This document shows positions 57,748-64,000 of a DNA stretch of 64,000 nt, piece by piece. The DNA comes from Rebecca billardiae RCC1528 (lineage: Eukaryota; Protista; Haptophyta): the NCBI GenBank assembly GCA_965240325.2, contig OZ251250.1:496001-560000 (forward strand), read 5' to 3'. The notes beneath the pieces were generated by a model. That model searched no databases. It worked only from the letters and a program-made list of their open reading frames with translations, and was not told the origin of the DNA. Both the position numbers and the translations under genes were made by a program. Each line of letters begins with the position of its first letter. Within the stretch, counting starts at the first letter, position 1.

Positions 57748-58706
57748 CGACGATGTACGTCCGGGACTGTCACTGGCGCATCAAATTCTGAATTCACTAG
57801 CGCATCAATGATATATGACGCGCGATGATTAAATTAGTCATCCGCGCGCGTTTACGACTCTGCACCGGCGGCTGCGCGCCGAGCCAAAGGTCACCCGGCC
57901 GACGAACCGGCAACTACCCGCTCACACCCTGACGAGTCATCTCGTCACGGCTTGTGATCAGAGCGAGTCCGGCGGCGTGGAGTGCAGTCACGCCGCCCGA
58001 TTACCGGGGGTGACCCGCAATAAGTAGCAGTTCGCGGAGGCTCAGGCGACAGTGCGATGCGCATCAGGCCCGACGACGGATTCGCCCTCCATCGAGCGGC
58101 CGCTCCTCGACCGGCGCCGCGCCGTCAATAAGGGCGGGCGCTAGGCGAGTGGCAAGGCCGCCGAGCCCGAGTGAACACTGAATCACTGCGACTGAAGCAT
58201 GATGACGAAGGCGGCCGGCCCCGTGAAATCTGAATGAAGGCCGGGCGCGGCGCCACGGCGCTGCGGGCTGCGCGGGCGTCCTCGTCTAGTATACGGAACT
58301 GTTGCGACGACTACTAGTGACGGGCACGACCGCTGCTGATGTGGCGTGTTGCCGCCTCCCCCGCGCGCAGGCGCCACACGTGACCTTGAGGGCTGAGTCG
58401 AAGTATACTTACTACGCGTAGTCGAACGTTATACGAGAGGGCCGGGCGCCAGTCTGCAGGCGGGAGGGAGCGCAGCAGGCCCGGGGCGCCGCCGGCAGTC
58501 GTAGCAGCAGTGATGCTTCGTAGCGCAGTCGCGCGTTCGCGATGATGACGAGGACAGGCCCTGATGACGATCGCGAGGGTTGGTGACGATGCGCCGTGGC
58601 CGTCGTCGGCCAGGCGCCGCGCCGCGAGTGGGCGCCGAGCGACACAGCACCGCGCCGCCTCCGCCGCCCGCGCCGCCCTGACGCGGGCCGCAGGCGACTG
58701 CGCGCC

Positions 58707-59813
58707 CTAGCCGTAGCACCGGATCTTGTCCGCGCACCCCTTCTCCGCCGACTGCGGCCGGCTGTAGCCGCCGCCCTTCTCCAGGTACTGCTGGTGCACC
58801 TCCTCCGCAGGCCAGAAGACAGCGGCGTCCTGTACCTCCGTCTGCACGCGCAGCCCGGGCGGAGCGCGCGACTGCAGTGCAGAGACGGCTGCCTCGGCGG
58901 CGGCGCGCTGCTCGGGGCTGTGCGGGTAGATGCCGTGGCGGTACTGCGGGCAGGGGGAGGGGGCCGCAGGATCGCGCGCGCCGGGGCGCCGGGCGTCGGC
59001 CGTCACCGATCAACCAGAGTCGATGACCAGAATCGCACGCGTGGGCGCGCGTGCATCGATGATGCAGTGTCCACTGTTGACGCGGTCGGCAGGGGCGTCG
59101 GGGTGGCTTCGAGGCGCGCGGCGCACCTGTGGGCCACGGTCGTTGCCCACCTGGTCCTTCAGGTACACCGAGCGGCCCAGGTGCTCGAGCAGCGCCTCGC
59201 ACAGCGCCGCGTACGAGATCTCCTCCGGCCTGAATAAGATCTGAACCGCCTCCGTATGTCCCGTGCAGCCGGTGCAGACGGCGCGATAGGTGGGCCGCTC
59301 GAGCTCGCCCTGCGCGTAGCCGGCGGCGGTCGCGACGACGCCGGGGATGCGCTGGAAGAGCAGCTCGATGCCCCAGAAGCAGCCGCCCGCAAACGTCGCC
59401 ACTTCGCACCCGTCCTCCGAGGTGAGCGGCACGCGGCCGGCGAGCGCGCTCGCCGCCGCCTCCGCGCCCCACGACGGCCGGCCCGCCAGCCGTTCGTAGT
59501 GCGCGGCGGCCGGCCCCGGCCCCTGCGTGCGGTACTGCAGCGCGCCCGAGGCGCTCTTGCCCAGCTGCAGCAGCTCGCGGAAGAGGAGCAGCGGCAGCAC
59601 CCAGTTGATGACGTCGCCGACCGGGCCAAGCTTCTCATGCAGAATCGGTCCGATCACGGGGAGCACGATGCCGGGCGCCCACGGGTCGACCTCGGGGGCG
59701 GCCATACGCACGGGCGCCGTGCGCGCGCGCCACGGCGCCACGGGCCGGCTCAACGGCGCCATCGCCGCGGCCGTCGGCACCAGCAGCGCCAAAAGCCCCA
59801 CCGACGGCGCCAT
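58707..59813 (-). CDS. msrA: Peptide methionine sulfoxide reductase A, probably plastid-targeted; intron 58944-59126
   Basis: FAGGCFWG, TGHTEAV, DRGPQ|YRHGIY, FWPAEEVHQQYLEKGG, IRCYG; bipartite signal-plus-transit-like N-terminus. Confidence 0.95.
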
Positions 59814-59924
59814 CGTCTTTTCCCGCGCTTTGCGACGAACCGGTCGTCATCCCTTCGCCTCTGAGCCGGGCTGGACGCTTCGGTGGATCCTGGTCAGGAT
59901 CCAGGCGAGCAGGAGCGTCCAGCG

Positions 59925-61466
59925 ATGAGCGCGGCCGGGAGCGCGAGCGCTCCGGGCGGCGTGCCGCTGACGATGGCGTGTCTGAGGTGCAGACGTCTCA
60001 AGAGCAAGTGCACGGGGGTGCCCTGTGCTCGCTGCATGCAGATCGGGCTTCCGTGCACGCCGGTGCCAGCCGCGAAGCGCGGGCGGCCACGGCGTGTGCC
60101 GACGGCTCGGCAGCCTGCCGCACGCCTCCAGCCCTTGAGGCCATGCAGCGTGCCCGCTACGGCCATCAGCAGTGCCCTCGCCGCGCACGCGAGCGCGCGC
60201 GCCGAGTTGGACGCCCGCCCCCGCCTCCAGAGCGCAGAGGCGCCACCCGTGCTCCTCGCCGATAGCACCGCGGAGCTAGCGCTTCCGATGCCGGTGCCGC
60301 ATTGGGCGTTCGCCATGAACTTCAAGCAGATCGTCGGCATGGCAAGCGGCGAGCGCAACGCGCACCTCGCGGTGATCATGCAGTGCGCCGGCGTGGCCGT
60401 ACACAGCCAAGTCTGCGGTGCGTGAGCGGGCTCCCAGCGCCGCCGCGCGCGCGGCCGCGCACCCGGCACTTGACGAGGTTCGATAGAGTTTCTCTTCCGG
60501 CTCTCTCTCCCTTGGCGCGATGGGGCGATGGCATGGGGCGGCGACTGGCTCGCTGATCGCGCCCGCGCACCGCGCCGCCGCCCTCCCCTCCGCCTGCGCT
60601 CGTCCCCGCTGCGCGCCGCCCGCGCGCCGCCCGCGCGGCCGCCCGCGCGCCGCCCGCGCGCCGCCCGCGCGCCGCTTGCGCGCGTTCGTTCTACAGAGAA
60701 CCTCATGCTGGTGATGCTCGAGGCGGGCCGGATGCAGCTCTCGGTGGGTGACGTGCTCCGGCAGCTGGCGCACCGGCAGGGCCCGGCCGCGCCCCGGGCT
60801 GCCGCCGAGGTGCGCCGCTGGCCACCCTACGTGCTGCAGTGGCTGCGCGGCGATGACAGCATCTGCCTCGTGCGCGCCTTCGACGGCGGCCGTCTGTTCG
60901 TCAAAGCGAGCGCGCGCTTCGTCGCGGAGGTCGCGCGCCACTCGGAGCCGGCGGTCCCGGGCTGCGCCATGTCGTTGTTCGCGCAGTCTGACCAGCAGAC
61001 GGAGGCCATCGCGGCGATGGAGGGCGCCGCGTGGCGCGCGCTCGGACTTGAGCTCCGGCCGTGCCAGCCCGGCCCCAAGGCGGACGAGCTGGCGTGCGCG
61101 TCCCAGGCGTGCGAGAGGCTCGTCTTCGTGAGCGACCCGGTCGGGCGGCCGCTCGGACCGTACCGCATGGCCGTGCGCGCGTGCGCGCGCGTCGACGGCA
61201 GCGCAAGCTGGTTCGCGTACCGGCTGCAGCCGCAGCTCGAGCTGGGTGCGCCGGCGGCACTGGCGGCGCTGGCGGCGCCGCAGCCCACGCCGGCGCCCTC
61301 GCCCGGGCTGCCAGGTGGGCCTCAGGCGGTTGCCGAGCTCACGGCGCTACCGTCGGCGGGTGCCGCGAATCTGGCCGCCCTTGGAGCCGTGGGCGATGGC
61401 CTCTCGAGCGCGCCGGGTGCTGATGCCAGCCGCCCGGTCTGGGCAGCGTCAAGCAGGCTGCGCTGA
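59925..61466 (+). CDS. Zn(II)2Cys6 binuclear-cluster transcription factor with AT-hook-like KRGRPR; intron 60418-60696
   Basis: ACLRCRRLKSKCTGVPCARCMQIGLPC; a GTGCGT...TACAG intron joins it in frame to ORF 60528-61466. Confidence 0.82.
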
Positions 61467-61675
61467 ACCGTATAACTACATATACGCTTATATTATACGT
61501 CACAGCTGATCAGCAGAGTATGATGATCATACTCTGATCAGGCGGCAACATATATATATATATATATATATATAGTATATGTAATATTATTAATGTCGTC
61601 GTATATAGCGTCGTAATAAAATCGCCGCGTCGGGCCGCACCGTCGAGTGCCGCGCGGTGTAAACTGACATCACGG

Positions 61676-62149
61676 TCAGCCGGCAACATAGTAGGAGTAC
61701 TCGTCGATGCGAATGAGCGCCGGCGTGACGGTGATGCGCGCTGTCGCGGATGCGACCGCGTTGACGTCCTTCCAGTCCCACTCCGCCGTTTTCTCGCACG
61801 CGAATACCGCGTCCGCGCCGACCGGCTGCGCGGTGGCCCCGTTGATGACCCAGTGCCTGCCCGGCATGAAGTCGCGCTGGAAGAGCGCGGTGATGATCGT
61901 GCGCGCGAGCGCTCCCGCGTCTTCGCCGGAGCCACTCGCGTACTGCCCGAGCGCCTCGCGCATGCCGGGGAGGCCCGCCAGGTTGAACGCCTCCTCGCGC
62001 CTCTGCTTGTCGCCGCGGTGCTGTGGCAATCGCGGCGGTGGGTGCGGCGCGCGCGCCGGCCTCGGTGCGTGCGGCGCGCGCGAGGGCGGGGCAGGCGGCG
62101 TGGGCGCACGGCCTCACAGCACCCGCACCGTGAGGACCACCTTGGGCAT
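61676..62149 (-). CDS. Small hypothetical protein (~121 aa), one intron with acceptor at 62021
   Basis: MPKVVLT exon with GTGCGG donor, CCACAG acceptor, then coding-like HRGDKQRREEAFNL...YSYYVAG. Confidence 0.6.
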
Positions 62150-62477
62150 TGGCGCGCGAGCCCCCTCTGGGGCTCGCCGCCTCGCGGCGGGCGCCTTGCG
62201 CTGCGGCGCATGCATTATCGGCCGGCGGCTTTTGCGGCCGGCATCCGGTGATTGGCCACTAGGCGCCGCCCCCGCGCACGCGGACAGAGCACACTGGCGG
62301 ACTACTTGGCGAGCGCGATCCGGAAAGCGCGACGGCGCTCGACCGTCACGGCCCACTCAGATCTTGACGAGGCGGGCGTGCCGCCCAGCTTGTCCTTTCG
62401 CGCGCGGGTGGACGCCGCGCGAGTGCTCGAGGCGTCGACGCGCCGATCGATCGCGGCGCGGCGCGCAGCGCGCAGCC

Positions 62478-63318
62478 ATGGAGCGCCGGTCGACACGCAG
62501 TGACCCGGCGCCGGCGGGCGCAGGCTACAGGTGCGCGCGCGCCGCCCGCGAGCGCGCCGCGCGCCCCTCGTTGACGACGTGGCGCACGCGCCGCGCAAGC
62601 CGGACCGCATCGCGCGGCAGCCGGACGCGCGGGCGCGCGATGGCCCCGCACGCGTGTGCCGTGGCCCACCGGCCGGTGTGCGCGCGCCACTCACGTGCGC
62701 TGCTACGCCCGCGGCCGCCGCGCGCGCGCCGCTTTGCCCCGGCTGTCGTGATCCGCCGCGCCGGCGCGCGCAGCCTGCGCTCAGCCGGGAAGCGCCCAAT
62801 GCCGCCGGCCGAGCTGCCCGCGGCAGGGCCGAAGCGGTGTGCGCCGACACGCTGCTCGCGCGCCGCGCCGCGCCGCGCACGCCGGCTCGCGCGCCGGCGC
62901 GGCCGGCGCGCGGCGGTGGGCGCGCATGCGCGCGGCCTGCTGCCGGCGCGCCGCTGAGCCGTGCCTTGCCGCGCCGCGCGCGCGCGCACGCCGCGCCGCG
63001 CCGCGCCTCCGCCCGCCGCCGCGCAGGTCGAAGCGGCCCGTGCCCACGCCGCGCGGCAAGATGGCCGCCACGCCGCCGCCGCCGCTGCCTCCCAAGAGCG
63101 CTCCCAGCGCGTCGCTGCCACCGACGCAGCCGCCGCCGCCGCGCGCCGCGGCCGCAGACGGCGGCGGCAGCGGCGGCGGCGGCAGCGGCGCGGCGCGGGG
63201 CCTCCCGCCCGCCCACGAGCTCCCGCCCGAGCTGCGCGCGCACCTGCCTGCGCTCGACGCCGCGCTCGCGGCGGTGGGCAGCTCGGTGGCGGAGGTGACT
63301 GGCGGCGGCAGCAGACTC

Positions 63319-63349
<31 letters not shown>

Positions 63350-64000
63350 GCGGCGGGAGCAGCAGCGGCGGCGGCGGCGGCAGTGGCAGTGGCGCGGGCG
63401 GCTCGACGCTGCACTCGCTCCTCCGCCGCCTCTCCGCCGTCGAGCCCTCCCTCCTCGCCGCCTCCCAGGTGCCGCCGCCCGCAGCCCTCGAGGCGCTTCT
63501 GGAGGCGACGGGCGCCGGCGGCGGCGGCGGCGGGAGCGGGAGCGGCGGCGGCTCGGGCGGGCGGCTCGGCCTCGCCGACGCGGCCGCGTTCCCGCCCTTT
63601 GGCGCCGCCGCCGGCGGCGGCCACTTCCGCCAGCTGCTCCCACGCCTCCGCGCGTCCGGCGACGAGTCCGTTCAGCTCGCCGCCCTCACGGAGCTGTGCG
63701 ACCGGCTGGCGATGGCGACAGAGGACACGCTGCTCGTGGGCGGGATGAGCGTGGAGGAGTACGCGCCGGCGCTCGTCGCGCTGCTCAAGGCGCCGCACTC
63801 CGCCTCGCTCATGCTCCTCGCCTCCCGCGCCATCTGCCACCTCGTCGACCTCGTGCCGTCGGCGACGTCCGCGCTCGTGCAGGTCGGCGCGGCGAGCACG
63901 CTTTGCGAGCGGCTGCTGTGCGCAGAGTACATCGACCTGGCGGAGGAGGTGCTCGGCGCGCTGCGCAAGCTGTCGACCGAGCACGGCGGCACCGTCCTCC
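62478..64000 (+). CDS. TRIP12/UPL3/Ufd4-like HECT E3 ubiquitin ligase, N-terminal ARM region (runs off the window); intron 62531-63026
   Basis: QLAALTELCDRLAMATEDTL, MLLASRAICHLVD, LCERLLCAEYIDLAEEVLGALRKLS match the UPL3/TRIP12 N-terminus. Missed by the ORF track because there is no stop within the window. Confidence 0.88.

Noticed and set aside
42767-63992. Many overlapping Arg/Ala/Gly-rich ORFs opposite or out of frame with the called genes
   Set aside because: Expected stop-poor shadow frames at this GC content; motif-bearing frames were preferred.

Overview
Eukaryotic, very GC-rich nuclear DNA with short GT(GCGC)...(GCGC)AG introns. This style, plus a plastid-targeted MsrA, suggests a haptophyte/Pavlovales-like alga (inference). 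The window has two halves. (1) 1 to ~31.6 kb is an accessory, repeat-rich region built on a tandem family of six genes made of 114-bp (38-aa) Cys/His repeats resembling EsV-1-7, with 11, 12, 6, 6, 10 and 8 repeats. The repeats are near-identical in DNA except at a few hypervariable codons, are reshuffled between copies, and are followed by a basic NLS-like tail. This is the best candidate for an undescribed system: a diversifying modular zinc-finger array, analogous to PRDM9 or TALEs. The spacers between these genes carry many mobile elements: a Ty1/copia retrotransposon in a (TA)n tract, a 5'-truncated LINE, short elements sharing that LINE's 3' terminus, a PIF/Harbinger-like long-TIR element and a 32-bp-TIR element encoding an HMG-box-like protein. 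Three of these sit within ~25 bp of one reconstructable spacer. (2) ~32 to 64 kb is ordinary gene-dense sequence: C2orf69/UPF0565-like, F-box-like, a small secreted peptide, HRQ1-type helicase, DEX1-like FG-GAP protein, sulfotransferase-like protein, MsrA, a Zn2Cys6 transcription factor, the 5' end of a TRIP12/UPL3-like HECT ligase, and several hypothetical genes. All family assignments come from motif recognition by eye; no database searches were run.
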